Part shown: positions 45,990 to 57,734 of the stretch, piece after piece | How positions within the stretch are numbered: the first letter of the stretch is position 1 | How the letters are laid out: each line of letters starts with the position of its first letter | DNA from: Chiloscyllium plagiosum | Taxonomy: Eukaryota | Direction: 5' to 3' | Length of the DNA stretch: 57,734 nt | NCBI RefSeq assembly: GCF_004010195.1 | Contig: NC_057754.1 | Span: forward strand, 11,357,886-11,415,619 | Program-made: the position numbers and the translations under genes | The notes under the pieces: generated by a model | Seen by the model: only the letters and a program-made list of their open reading frames with translations | The model's database searches: none | Told to the model about the DNA's origin: nothing

Positions 45990-46442
45990 CAGTCACTGTA
46001 GTCATAGACATTTAAAAGATCTCTTGTCTGTGTGAACTGGATGAATGTTTTTCCACATTCAGAACAAGCAAATGGCTTCTCCCAGTGTGACTGCAGTGAT
46101 GTGGTACCAACTTAGATGGGCATTTTCACCCTCTCCCAGTCCTCAGTTTTCTCCATGGCATTTCATGGCGGCTTATTAGTTGAAGCCTGCTCCATAGAGT
46201 GTGCACATGTACAGATTTTCCCTGGTGTCGTGTCTTTCAAACGTTTTAACGAATTAAAACTCTTTCCCCAACCAGAGCACTGTCACAATCCCGTTTGTAT
46301 CTTGGTGTTTTTACAGTAACACTGATATTTGAAATCATTGCCCACATTCACAGCAGAGAAAGCTTTTTCCTTTCACATTTTTAGATGCATGTTATCCTGG
46401 TCCTGAATGTAAATACCATGTGGTTTGGTTAGAGTTTTATTT
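45990..46442 (-). pseudogene. Truncated ZNF pseudogene (remnant continues at ~44290-44410)
   Basis: Acceptor ctctctttgcag at 46443, decayed leader fingers, ATG-EK at 46156, HTGRSH/EKPFACSECGK remnant. Confidence 0.65.
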
Positions 46443-46449
46443 CTGCAAA

Positions 46450-47060
46450 GAGAGTTTGCAGGAAGCCCCAGCCCTTTCCGCCGGTGTAACCACTAGTGCT
46501 TGCAGCCAACATGCTGTGTTTTCGAAACCCTGGACCCACCCTCAGGCTCTCCCACTTCCTCAAGCGCCACCACCGCTTCTACATCGGTACTGCAGTTGCT
46601 CACCCTGCGGCGTCCGGGTGATTGGCGGCGGCTCTGGGCCAATAGGAATCCGGAGGCGGGGCAGGAAGACCAATCGTCCGGCGGGTCCTCCAACTAATGA
46701 AAGTGAACGATGGGCGGAGCTGCAGGACCGGTCACAGTGAGAGACTTGGAGCAGCTTTGTCCAGTGGCTGCGGTCGGCGACAGAAAAGGGGAGGAGTGGA
46801 GACTGTGTGTTGGAGTGCGATCGGGAGAGAAAGAGCGGAGAGGCTTTATAAACACCTCGTGTGGGCTGCAAACCCCGGATAAGACTATCCAAGCCCCGCG
46901 TTCGGAAATCCGACTCAAGGAGGCCCAGCCTTATGGCCGCCATCTCAGTGAGGGCACTGGGAGCGCGCGGGTTTCTAGGGGCGCCATCTTTATAGGGTCA
47001 ATGTGCTGCAGAGCGCGTGCGAGGCCATCTTTCGGACAGTGCTGTGATGTCACTGGGGGG
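46450..47060. promoter_or_regulatory. Bidirectional CpG-island promoter / exon 1
   Basis: CCAAT boxes in both orientations (~46620, 46640, 46671), GC boxes, YY1-like GCCGCCATCT 46936-46945 and GCGCCATCTTT 46981-46991; + donor CA|GTGAGG at 46948; - donor CAGG|GTGAGC at 46603. Confidence 0.75.
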
Positions 47061-47774
47061 ATGGCTCAGTGAGGGGAGTGGTGGAGGGGGTGTGCAGGAG
47101 TAAAGGGGAGACCGGAAGCAGGAGGGGAGGGGAAGCTGGAGGGATGGGGAGACCGGAAGCAGGAGGGGAGGGGCAGCGGGAGAGGGGGTGATAGTCAGCA
47201 GGAAGGCGGAGGGGGAGGGGCAGCCGCAAAGGGCGGGTGATAGACTGCAGAAAGGTTGAGAGACAGACAGGGGAGGGTGGTCTCAATTACAAGGGAAGAG
47301 GAAGGGTCTGAGTTACATAGAGGGTGTGGTCTCAATTACAGGAGGGGGTGGAGGATCTCAATTCTGGGGAGAGGGGGCGGTAACGTGGGGGATGTGGGAG
47401 CTGTTAGGGGATTGGTAAGTCTACAGGTAACCGTGTAATAGATGAGAGTTTCAGAAGCAGGTGAGCTGAGACAGCGAGGGAATCGGATGATGTTATGAGT
47501 GGAAATAGGTGATTTTAATGATGATATGGACATATGACTGGTATCTCAGTTTGGGGAATGAAATATGACACTAAGTTGTTTCAATGTCAGACAGTTTCCA
47601 GTGACAGATGAAGTTCGCAATTGGGGAATAGACTTCGTAATGGGGCCTGTAAGGAATGACTATCATCCTCCTCCTATTTCAGTGACAGAGTTCTGTTTTA
47701 CTCCAGTACTGGACGTCAAACAGGTCAGGACAGTGCGAGTTGGATGGTAACTTGGTGCTGATGGTTTTCACAGA

Positions 47775-48057
47775 GACTCACAGCGCCAGAGACCTGGGTT
47801 CAATTTCCACCTCAGGCAACTGTCTGTGTAGAGTTTGCACATTCTCCCTGTGTTAGCGTGGGTTTCCTCCGGGTGCTCCGGTTTCCTCCTACAGTCCAAA
47901 AATGTGCAGGTTAGGTGAATTGGCCATGCTAAATTGCCCCTAGTGTTCGACAAAAGGGTAAATGTAGGGGAATGGGTCTGGGTGGGTTGCTCTTCAGAGG
48001 ATTGGTGTGGACTTGTTGGGCTAAAGGGCCTGTTTCCACACTAAGTAATCTAATCTA
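47775..48057 (+). mobile_element. HE1-type SINE (5'-clipped)
   Basis: B-box-like ggttcaattt, body, taatctaatct tail. Confidence 0.88.
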
Positions 48058-48069
48058 AAAAAACTGTTA

Positions 48070-48310
48070 TCACGGTCATAGAGATATATAGCATGGAACA
48101 GACTCTTCGGTCCAGCTGATCCATGCTGACCAAATAGCCTAAATTAATCTAGTCCCATATACCAGCATTTGGCCCATATCCCTCTAAACCCTTCTTAGTC
48201 ATATACCCATCCAGATGCCTTTTAAATGTCGTAATCGTACCAGCCTCCACAACTTCCTCAGACAGCTCATTAGTACCCTCTGCATGAAAAAGTTGCCGCT
48301 AAGGTCCCCA
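48070..48310 (-). mobile_element. CR1 3' fragment
   Basis: Reverse-complement CR1 tail. Confidence 0.8.
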
Positions 48311-48970
48311 TTGCGCTGCTGATGATTGAGGATTTAGAAGATCCTCTTGAAGTTCTGGTCAAGTTTGAGATAAACAAAGCTCGCTTCTTTGTCCCCAGCA
48401 TCTCCTACTTCCTTACCTATCTGTCTCTCTTTCTCTCCATGCAACTGTGTCATTCTCTTTTCTCTCTCAGTCTGCTCCATAGAGGCCATACAAGGTTTGC
48501 GTAAAGATTTGTAGCTCAGGTGCCATAGTTGTGGGTACGTTCACCAAGCTGGGAAATTGATTTGTGGACATGTCGGCCCATGTCTAGGTGACATCTTTAG
48601 TGCTTTGGAGCCTCCTGTGAGACCTCCAACAGGCCATACAGTCCAGTGTAGGGCCAGACCATGGAGCAGGTTCCCTTCCCTGATTGACATTAGCTTTAGT
48701 CACCGTAGAGTTTCTGTGGTAATCCAGCAGCTTTCATGGTCATTGTTCTTGAACGCCATCTCCACAAATCACCAGATTCTGTCAACATAATTTCACAACG
48801 TGCCTTTAAGGTTTTGTGGCTTCTCTCTCGTTCACTTTTCCATTTTCGGTCAGTTTTACAGGGTGTGATAAGAGGAGGATTTGCAGGCAGGAAACAGAAA
48901 TGAAACATCACATAATGACCTGACGGAGTCACCCAATTTATCACAACCAGAATACCAACAGATTTTAACC

Positions 48971-50518
48971 ATGGAAGAGGAAAGCACGATTCATAGTGGG
49001 GAGAACAGGTACACATGTTCTGTGTGCAGAAAAGGCTTCAACCAATCAACTGACCTCAAGAACCACAAATGCAGTCACTCTGGGGATAAACCTTGGAAAT
49101 GTGAGAACTGTGAGAAAGGATTTAAACACCACTCTGCGCTGAAAATTCACCAACGTGTTCACACTGGTGAAAGGCCATTCACCTGCGCCCTGTGTGGGAA
49201 GGGATTCACTCAGTTCTCCACACTGATTACACACCAGCGGGTTCACACTGAGGATAGACCTTTCAAGTGTCCATATTGTGGGAAGTGCTTTAAAAGCTCT
49301 GGTGATCTGATGTCCCATCAACGTGTTCACACTGAGGAGAGACGGTTCAGATGCTCTGACTGTGGCGCTGGCTTCAAGTGGTCATCCCAGCTCACTGTTC
49401 ACCAACGCATTCACACTGGGGAGAGACCATTTACCTGCTCTGAATGTGGAATTGGATTTACTCAATCATCCCACCTCAAGGCACACCAACAGGTTCACAC
49501 TGAGGACAGACCTTTTAAATGTTCAAACTGCCGGAAGTGCTATAAAAGTTCCAGTCGTCTGCAGTCACATCAACGTGTTCACACTGAGGAGAGACCCTTT
49601 AAATGTTCAGACTGCGGTAAGTGCTTTAAAAGTTCCGGGGAACTGATGCTTCATCAACGTATTCACACTGAGGAGAGACCGTTCCGCTGCTCTCACTGTG
49701 GGACTGGGTTTAGGAGATCGTCACAACTCACTATACACCAGCGGCTTCACACTGGGGAGAGGCCATTTATCTGCTCGGAATGTGGGCAGGGATTCATTCA
49801 GTTCTCCACCCTGTTGACACACCAGCGAGTTCACACTGGAGAGTGGCCATTCACCTGCACTGAGTGTGGGAAAGGGTTCATTGAGTCATCCCACCTCAAG
49901 GCACACCAACGAGTTCACACTGAGGACAGACCTTTCAAATGTCCAGATTGTGGGAAGGGTTACAAAAGCTCTGGAGAGCTTAAGTTACACCAACGTGTTC
50001 ACACTGATGAGAGACCGTTCAGCTGTTCTCACTGTGGAACTAGGTTCAGATGGTCATCTCAACTCAGTGTACATCAGCGCACTCACACTGGAGAGAGACC
50101 ATTCACCTGCTCTGAGTGTGGGAAGGGATTCACTCAGAAAATCCACCTGTTGACACACCAGCGGGTTCACACTGGGGAGGCACCTTTTAAATGTACAGAC
50201 TGTGGGAAGGGCTTTAAAAGTTCTGGGGATCTGATGCGTCATCAACGGGTTCACTCTGATGACAGGCCTTTTAAATGCCCAGAGTGTGGGAAGTGCTTTA
50301 AAAGCTCTGGGGAACTGATGTCCCATCAACATATTCATACCGATGAGAGACCATTCAGGTGTACTCACTGTGGGACTGGGTTCAGGCGATCAACTCAACT
50401 CACTGTACATCAGCGAGTTCACACTGGAGAGAGACCTTTCATCTGCACTGAATGTGGGAAAGGCTTCACTCAGAAATCCCATCTCATGGCACACCTGCAG
50501 AGACGTATCCACAAGTGA
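48971..50518 (+). CDS. Tandem C2H2 zinc-finger protein, 18 fingers (last one HX5H)
   Basis: Acceptor ttttacag|G at 48861; first in-frame ATG at 48971 (accATGG); uninterrupted finger array. Confidence 0.92.
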   Translation: MEEESTIHSGENRYTCSVCRKGFNQSTDLKNHKCSHSGDKPWKCENCEKGFKHHSALKIHQRVHTGERPFTCALCGKGFTQFSTLITHQRVHTEDRPFKCPYCGKCFKSSGDLMSHQRVHTEERRFRCSDCGAGFKWSSQLTVHQRIHTGERPFTCSECGIGFTQSSHLKAHQQVHTEDRPFKCSNCRKCYKSSSRLQSHQRVHTEERPFKCSDCGKCFKSSGELMLHQRIHTEERPFRCSHCGTGFRRSSQLTIHQRLHTGERPFICSECGQGFIQFSTLLTHQRVHTGEWPFTCTECGKGFIESSHLKAHQRVHTEDRPFKCPDCGKGYKSSGELKLHQRVHTDERPFSCSHCGTRFRWSSQLSVHQRTHTGERPFTCSECGKGFTQKIHLLTHQRVHTGEAPFKCTDCGKGFKSSGDLMRHQRVHSDDRPFKCPECGKCFKSSGELMSHQHIHTDERPFRCTHCGTGFRRSTQLTVHQRVHTGERPFICTECGKGFTQKSHLMAHLQRRIHK

Positions 50519-50589
50519 TTTCAGGAGGTGTGTTTTTCTGTTACTCACACTAAGGTCACAAGGATGTTCACTGGTGACTTTTACAATCC

Positions 50590-50706
50590 TAGCGTTTAGA
50601 TCAGAGTGGTGCTGGAAAAGCGTAGCAGGTCAGACAGCATCCGAGGAGCAGGAAAATCTACGTTTTGGGCAAAAGCCCTTCATCAGGAAAGTCCTCACTT
50701 TTGCCT
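50590..50706 (-). mobile_element. Penelope-derived short insert in the ZNF 3' UTR
   Basis: 13-bp TSD acttttacaatcc (50577-50589 / 50707-50719). Confidence 0.85.
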
Positions 50707-50879
50707 ACTTTTACAATCCCAGTCTAACTTTATATGACACTGGTATGGGTAAAAGTAAATATATGGACTTTCTGTTACACACACAGCTGTTTATATTTAA
50801 TATTGTACTTACTATAACACTACCTTTTGAATATAAATCAGAAAAATAGGTGTGCATGTAATATGAGTAATACAGTAGT

Positions 50880-51351
50880 AATGGGCAACTTCTATTTCCA
50901 TATAGATTGGGTGAAGCTAATCAGCATCAATGTTGGGGAGGATGAATTTCTGTGGTGTGGATAAGATTTATTTATGAAGCAGAATTTTTAATGACCAAAT
51001 ATGAATCAGACTGTTTTGTATTTCGTATTATGTAAACAGAATGTGTGATTAACAGTTTTGCTGTTCAGATGCATTTGGGAAATAGTCACCATAATATTGT
51101 CAAATTTTTCATCAAGTTTGAAAGAAGTATAGCTAAATTGCTGTTTATGGTAAGATCTTTGAAAATTGTTATATATGTACAGAGCTTTTTTTCTTTTAGT
51201 AATAAACTTGTCTTGTCTTGTTGAAAGAACATTGGCAGCCTCATCTGAAAGTTTCTGACTACCATCCTAACTAAACTGCAAAACGTAAAACTTACAATCT
51301 TACCTCAGAGATCCAATTTATGCAGTATTACCATCAACTGGAACCGTAACA
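50880..51351 (+). mobile_element. Possible LTR remnant
   Basis: AT-rich segment with AATAAA at 51201, ending ccgtaaca; the 5' end is not identified. Confidence 0.35.
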
Positions 51352-52562
51352 TTTGGGAATTAAAATTTACGATATTCTTTCAGGATAGATGTAGATAGGA
51401 CATCTCACATGGCTGTTGAGTCTAGAACCAAGGGATCTCAACTCAGAATAAAGGATAGGCCACTGAAGACTAGAGTGATTAGGGATTTTTCATTCAGAAC
51501 CTTTGAAATTCTACAACGATTGAGGATGTTCAAAACAGGAAACAATAGATTCCTCAGGTGGATGACAGAATGGGAATAATGCAGAAAAGAAATGACCAGC
51601 CAAGATCCAACTGAATGGCAGAGCACATTCAGGGGCAGAATGGTCCCTGTTGTTCCAAGTTCTAGGGCTTTCACCATCTCCTCCATCTTCAGGTCCAACA
51701 AGTGAGGAACTAATGAACTGTCATTAGGAGTGAGAGCATCTGATGAGTTACCGCTGCGTGTCTTTCCCTTCCCTGAGCTCACCCTGCCAAACTGCCTCGA
51801 AAATTCTTCTTTGAACTCTCAACCGGTGTCTTTCTCTAACTTCTCTATCTCCCATCATGACTTGTCCATTTGACCCACTTTTGAGTCCCTTGATCCTATT
51901 CCTACTAAACACCTGACCATCCAACTCTCCCATGGTCACTGAAATTGTGAATAGTTTTCTCTCTTTCAATCCATGATCATCGCCCATTCTGAGAAAAAAT
52001 AACTCTTGACCTCACCACCATTGCAACCTACCACCTCCTCTCTCATCTCCATTTCCTCTCCAAAAGTCTTGAACGTGGTGTGCTACAAGGATCTGTCCCA
52101 GGTGTCTCCTATTTCTCATCTACTGGGAAACATTGCCCAGAAGCACTGTGTTGTTTTACGCAGGCACACTGACAACACTCTGCTCCATCTCACCACCATC
52201 TTTTTCTATTCCTCTAATTGCAGATTGTTCTTCCCACATCCAATACCAGATCTGCAGGACTTTCCTCCAAGTAAATATCAGGAAAAGACAATCCATCGTC
52301 CAAAATCAGTAATACAAGTTCTGTTTCCTAACAATCAAATCCATCCCTTTCACTGGGAACTATCTGAGGCTGAACTACACTGTTCACTTTCTCCCTCACA
52401 TGTTTAATCTGAAAATGAGTGTCTGATCACAGACCATGGAGAGACTGGAGAAGCTGAGATTATTTGTCTTTGAGCACAGAAGGTTAAAGAGGGAATTCAT
52501 TGAAGGGTGGTAAGTTTTTAAGCTGGTTTCATCTACACGGGGAGAAACTAATCCAACTTCAA
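51334..52562 (+). repeat. ~1.25-kb segmental duplicate, copy 2
   Basis: Colinear with 44405-45674. Confidence 0.9.
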
Positions 52563-53352
52563 GAAACAGGATTCTATTACATAAAGGTAATTCACCAATT
52601 GGATCAATAATCCTGATTGTATCAAGTGAATAATCTGGATGTTATTACATTAATAATCTGTCACTACCCCCCCTTTCCCCCCCACCACACACACACACAG
52701 AAGCCTCCCCCTATACCACTGATGAGCAATTCTCAGATCTCCCAAAAGTTAACTGTTGATTACACAGATCCTGAGGAATTCAAACATGTCACACTGGGAA
52801 AAGATTTAGGAAGCTGTAATTTACTGCAGCCCCTTGACTTTAATTACATGGATCTGTCCATATCTCATGATTCACTGCCACATCTCCCTGTTTTATCTCC
52901 CTTGGTTATAGTTACCAGACATTGTTTTGAATTCTTGATTTTGGTGTTGGCTTCTGTTTCACTTCATTCTTTATCGTGAAACTGTTGGTGTGGTGCCCTG
53001 TAGTTGTCGCAATCTTCCCCGTAACCTCCGTATCTGTAAATTGTCATGATGTTTGCATTGTGCCTCTCCTGTGGAAATTACCTGATTTCCCATCAGAAAT
53101 AAGGCCATGATGGTGCAGATAGGACTTTGTGTTTGAACAGTTCAGCTAGCATTCCATTCTTGCTGGGGTCCTTTCAGTTTAGTAAATGATCAATGGTCTT
53201 TTCAATCTTAAATGATGAGCATTCCTTGTCCAACTAAACATGACGGGAAGGTGTGGGAGAGTATCAGACAGAGATGTCAGAGAGAGGGAGGATCAGCATG
53301 GGCCTGTTTCTTTGGGTCTGTCTTATGGGAGTACAGCTCAGTCTTAGTCAAC

Positions 53353-54507
53353 TGTTATGAACCAAGCCAGACCTCCTCAAAACATTTCAAGAAAGTAGCC
53401 CGGACCCTAAATTTATTAGTTGTTTTAAACAGATGTACATTGGATATTTTCAGGAGTGATGCAGCTGGCCCAACCACTTAGTTTTAAACAAAACAGAATT
53501 GATTTACAAGATTACCGAATGAAACACAAAAAGCAAAGAACAGAATACTGAATAACCTAAACTATCCGAAACCCCAACAGATTATCCCAACGTAATGATG
53601 CTGTTCCAACTACTTGCAACAATCCTCATAAACACCGCTTGACACAAAAGATAAAATCAATTGCAGGGTCCCGACAGAAGAGATGTTAGAGGGAGGATGA
53701 GCATGGACCTTCTTCTTTGGGTCCAGCAGCTACAAAACCCCACTGCTAAAACTCAAACCAAACCAGAGAAAAGCTCAGGTGGGAGAACTGGCTACTCCTC
53801 TTTCATTGCACAAGTGCTTTTTTTAAAAACTTGAAAGCCTTTTGTCTTAGGCAGTATCTGTTAGCCACAATCAAACTGGCCCTAAGAACATCGAACATTA
53901 TAGGGCAGTACGGGTCCTTAGGCCTTGATGTTGGGCTACCTATGAAGCCCATCTAATCTACACTATTCCATTATCATTCATATATTATCTAATGCCCATT
54001 TAATGTCCTTAAAGTTGATGAATCCATGCCCTTACTACTCTCTGAGTAAAGACCTTTCCTTCTCTGAGTAAAGACCTTTCCTTCTCTGAGTAAAGAACCT
54101 ACCTCTGACATCTGTCCGATATCTATCACCCCTCAATTTAAAGCTGTGTCCCCTCATTCTAGCCATCACCATTCGAGGAAAACGGCTCTCACTGCCCACC
54201 CTCTGATAATCTATTATGTCTCTTTGAGTCACCTCTTAACCTTCTCTCTAATGAAAACAGCCTCAAATCCCTCTCCCTTTCATCATAAGACTTTCCTTTC
54301 ATACCAGGCAACATCCTAGTAAATCTCCTCTGCACACTTTCCAATGCTTCCACATCCTTCCTATAATGCGGTGACCAGAATTGTATGCAATACTCCAAGT
54401 GCGGCCGCACCAGAGTTTTATACAGCTGCAGCATGACTCGGTTTACAAACCCTCTGAAAAATAAATCAAGAACAACACAACCTTGTTATAGGAGCAGCAT
54501 CATCACA
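53353..54507. mobile_element. Possible solo LTR split by a CR1 insertion
   Basis: Begins tgttatga and ends tcatcaca; internal segment ~53672-53730 also occurs at ~53265-53320; no clear TSD. Confidence 0.4.
53890..54438 (-). mobile_element. CR1 3' fragment with a 22-bp internal tandem repeat
   Basis: ORF 54189-54434 MLQLYKTLVRPHLEYCIQFWSP; tctctgagtaaagacctttcct repeated at ~54039-54095. Confidence 0.88.
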
Positions 54508-55173
54508 ATTCAGCAGCGACTTCTATTTATACCTGTCCATTAGCACCTCATCTGTCAATGTTGGTGGGGCTAGGGTAACAGTATTGGTGATAGGGTTCCA
54601 GAACTCCCTCAATCCTATCACACAGAGTGAACAGACATTCACTGTCACAGGCAACTTGGATTTATTGGTATAAGTTGATTGAGATACCATCCCTGCTGAA
54701 TAGATTTCAAACCAGTCGCTGTTACCAGTTCCAACTTTACCAAATGTTGTTGCTGCTGTATCATAAATGACTGAAGTGAGCTACTTCCAATCTTCTCTAA
54801 TATCAATGTGGATTGATGAAAATTCTTTTCACTGTTGTTTCTTTTTACTTGATAATTTAGTTTCATAATGAAGGTTCCACTGTGAAAAACATGCACGTCA
54901 GTGAGAATTGTGAGGAAGGATTAGTCAGCACTGATGATTAAAGTTCACAATTTGACTGTAATCAGGTTCCTGTTGGAAGTTCTTGAATGAAACAGAGCAA
55001 TCAAATTGCTTATTTAAAAGTTAACATTGAAACTTTGAAAATCAGAATATTACCTATCCAGAATATTAACTTCCAGTTGCTCATAGGGTGTTGTTAATAT
55101 CAGCAGAAACAAACACAATATTGTCAGGCTATCAACCCTGGATGTGTTGAACAGCACAATCCAGACTCTGCAG

Positions 55174-56599
55174 TCATTTGTGAACTTGCTGGTATCTCAA
55201 CAGGCTGGATAATAAAGTGAACTCGTTCCCACACACAGTGCAATTGAATGGCCTCTGCACAGTGTGAACCCGCTGGTATGGTTTGAGATTGCCCAAAAGT
55301 TTGCTTCTTTTCACAGGAAGAGCAGCTGAGTGGTGTCTTCTTTGTGTGAATTCACTGATGTGCTGCCAGTTTGGCTGACCAAATAAATCCCTTCCCACAC
55401 TCAGAGCAGGTGAACGGCCTCTCCCCAGTCTGAACCCATTGGTGTACAGTGAGGTGGGAGGACACAGTGAATCCCTTCCCACACTCAGTGCAGGTAAACG
55501 GCCTCTCCCAAGTGTTTACATGCTGGCATACAGTGAGGTGGGAGGATAGAGTGAAACCCTTCCCACACTCAGAGCAGGTGAACGGCTTCTCCCCAGTGTG
55601 AACATGCTGGTGATTCTGCAAGTAGGAGGGTACAGTAAATCCATTCTTACATACACAGCAAGTGAATGGTCTCTCCCCTGTGTGAACCTGCTGATGTACA
55701 GTGAGGTGGTATGACTGCCTGAACCTATTTCCACAGTCACAGAAGGGCCTCTGCTCATTGTGAATTTGCTGATGCAATGCCAGGACGGTTGACTGTACAA
55801 ATCCTTTCCTGCACATGGAACAAATGGATGGCTTCTCCCCAGTGTAATTGCAGATAATGAGAATCAAATCTCTTGCCACATTCCTCACATTTCTAAGGTC
55901 TCTCTTCAGTATGACTCTGATGGTGGTATTCCAGCTGGGATGGATAACTAAAGCCCTTTCCATGGTTTCTCCATGGCACTAGTGTCTTTGTGTCAATTCA
56001 GTTGGACAATCTCTGTACAAGTTTATTCTCCTCAGAGTAAAATAGTGATGCCTGTTGTATGTGGTATAACTGGGTACAGCTTTTACCACACAGACAGTAC
56101 ACTGGAACACTCACATTCAGGCATTTCCTTGTCTCAGTGGTTTTAAAGTCACAATAGCATTTGAAACCTTTTCTGAAAGACAGACCAGACAAATGTCTCT
56201 TCTTCCACAATCAAAGGCTGGTAATATTCAGGCCCTGATAAGTCAAATACCTCCCTCAATTCTTGCTGTGATGTTTAGTTTGAGATTTCTGTCCAGTGGT
56301 TAGCACTGCTGCCTCAGCGCTAGAGACCCAGGTTCAATTCCCGTCTTCGGCGACTGACTGTGTGGAGTTTGCACATTCTCCCCGTGCCTGCGTGGGTTTC
56401 CTTGAGTGCTCCGGTTTCCTCCCACAGTCCAAAAATGTGGATTAAGTGAATTGGCCATGCTAAATTGCCCGTAGTGTTAGGTGAAGTGGTAAATGTAGGG
56501 GAATGTGTGGGTTGCGCTTCAGTGGGTCATTGTGGACTTGTTGGGCCGAAGGGCCTGTTTCCACACTGTAAGTAATCAAATCTTCCTGTTCCATCGCTC
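55174..56599 (-). pseudogene. C2H2 ZNF pseudogene (frameshifted)
   Basis: Acceptor aaccttttttgcag at ~56600; ATG-EKPWK at 55974 followed by a deletion; fingers spread over two frames (ORFs 55352-55963 and 55174-55482) ending QVHK*. Confidence 0.8.
56296..56578 (+). mobile_element. HE1-type SINE in the ZNF leader
   Basis: SINE head, body and tail. Confidence 0.9.
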
Positions 56600-56829
56600 T
56601 GCAAAAAAGGTTTACAGTTGTCTTTCATGTCAGTATAGAATAGAAATTCAAAACAGAAAATTTTAGCTTCACTAAATTAAGTTACTGAATTCAATATGTT
56701 CCTCTTTTGTTTGTCAAAGCTGTAAATTCCAGTCTTCATTGAATGTTTTGAAGAGGTGACAAAGGTAATGGACAGGGGAATGTCTGTAGATGTTGTTTAC
56801 ATGCATTTTTAGAAGGTATCCGTTAAAGT

Positions 56830-57734
56830 CCATAAGACCATAAGACATGGAAGCAGAAATTAGGCCATTAATACCTTTGAGTCTGCTCCCCCATTCAATT
56901 ATGACTGATAGGTTTCTCAATACCATTCTCCCACTTTGTCTCCATAATCTTTGATCCCTTTGATACTCAATAACCTATCTATTTCAGTTTTAAAAATACT
57001 CAATGAGCTGGCCTCCACAGCCTTCTGTGGCAATGAATTCCATAGATTTCCCCACTCTCTGGTTGAAGAATTTTTTTCTTTTCTCCATATTAAAAGGTCT
57101 TCCCTTTACTCTAAGGCTATGCGCTCACGTCCTAGCCTCTACTAACAATGGAAACATCTTCCTAACATCTACTCTGTCCAGGTCATTCAGTATTCTGTAA
57201 ACTTCAATTAGATCCCTCTAACCCTTTTAAACTCAGTAGAGTATAAACCCAGAGTCATAGAACATAGAACATAGAAGAATACAGCGCAGTACAGGCCCTT
57301 TGGCCCTCGATGTTGCGCCGATCCAAGCCCACCTAACCTATACTAACCCACTATCCTCCATATACCTATCCAATGCCCGCTTAAATGCCCATAAAGAGGG
57401 AGAGTCCACCACTGCTACTGGCAGGGCATTCCATGAACTTACGACTCGCTGAGTGAAGAACCTACCCCTAACTTCAGTCCTATATCTACCCCACCTTAAT
57501 TTAAAGCTATGCCCTCTTGTAATACCCGACTCCATCCGCGGGAAAAGGTTCACACTGTCAACCCTGTCTAACCCCCTAATCATCTTGTACACCTCAATCA
57601 AGTCACCCCTAAACCTTCTTTTCTCTAATGAAAACAGCCCCAAGTGTCTCAGTCTTTCCTCATACGATCTTCCTTCCATACCAGGCAACATCCTGGTAAA
57701 CCTCCTCTGCACCCGTTCCAGTGCCCCCACATCC
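56830..57734 (-). mobile_element. Two stacked CR1 3' fragments (older 56830-57250; younger 57255-57734 with a (catagaa)n tail)
   Basis: ORF 57338-57730 ALERVQRRFTRMLPG..TRGH..FFTQRVV..WNALP; microsatellite-like tails. Confidence 0.88.

Noticed and set aside
46420-47072. Multiple ORFs over the CpG islands (also at 8.9-9.3, 18.9-19.2 and 33.3-34.0 kb)
   Set aside because: GC-rich sequence lacks stops on all frames, and there are no protein motifs.
48490-48620. Hammerhead in a third Penelope-like end
   Set aside because: Both core motifs are mutated; it is at most a decayed remnant.

Overview
Eukaryotic DNA, most likely from a cartilaginous fish (shark). That assignment is inferred from the repeats: HE1-type tRNA SINEs sharing 3' tails with CR1/HER1-type LINEs, a Deu-domain SINE and Penelope-like elements. 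The window is part of a tandem C2H2 zinc-finger gene cluster with no KRAB, SCAN or BTB domain visible. It has five open multi-finger ORFs (11, 7, 15, 13 and 18 fingers) and about six ZNF pseudogenes in mixed orientation. Four CpG-rich promoter/exon-1 regions carry CCAAT, GC, YY1, CRE, NRF1-like and ZNF143-like motifs. Between the genes are many CR1 and other LINE fragments, about a dozen SINEs, and several Penelope-derived inserts with target-site duplications (TSDs) and minimal hammerhead-ribozyme cores. A decayed class I (epsilon-like) endogenous retrovirus lies at ~9.45-15.85 kb. Its PR-RT-RNaseH block is inverted relative to IN-env-3'LTR, and it appears to encode a CNPase-like 2H phosphoesterase between protease and RT. 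There is one 693-N assembly gap at 21495-22187. All family assignments come from motif recognition by eye, not database searches, and repeat boundaries are approximate.
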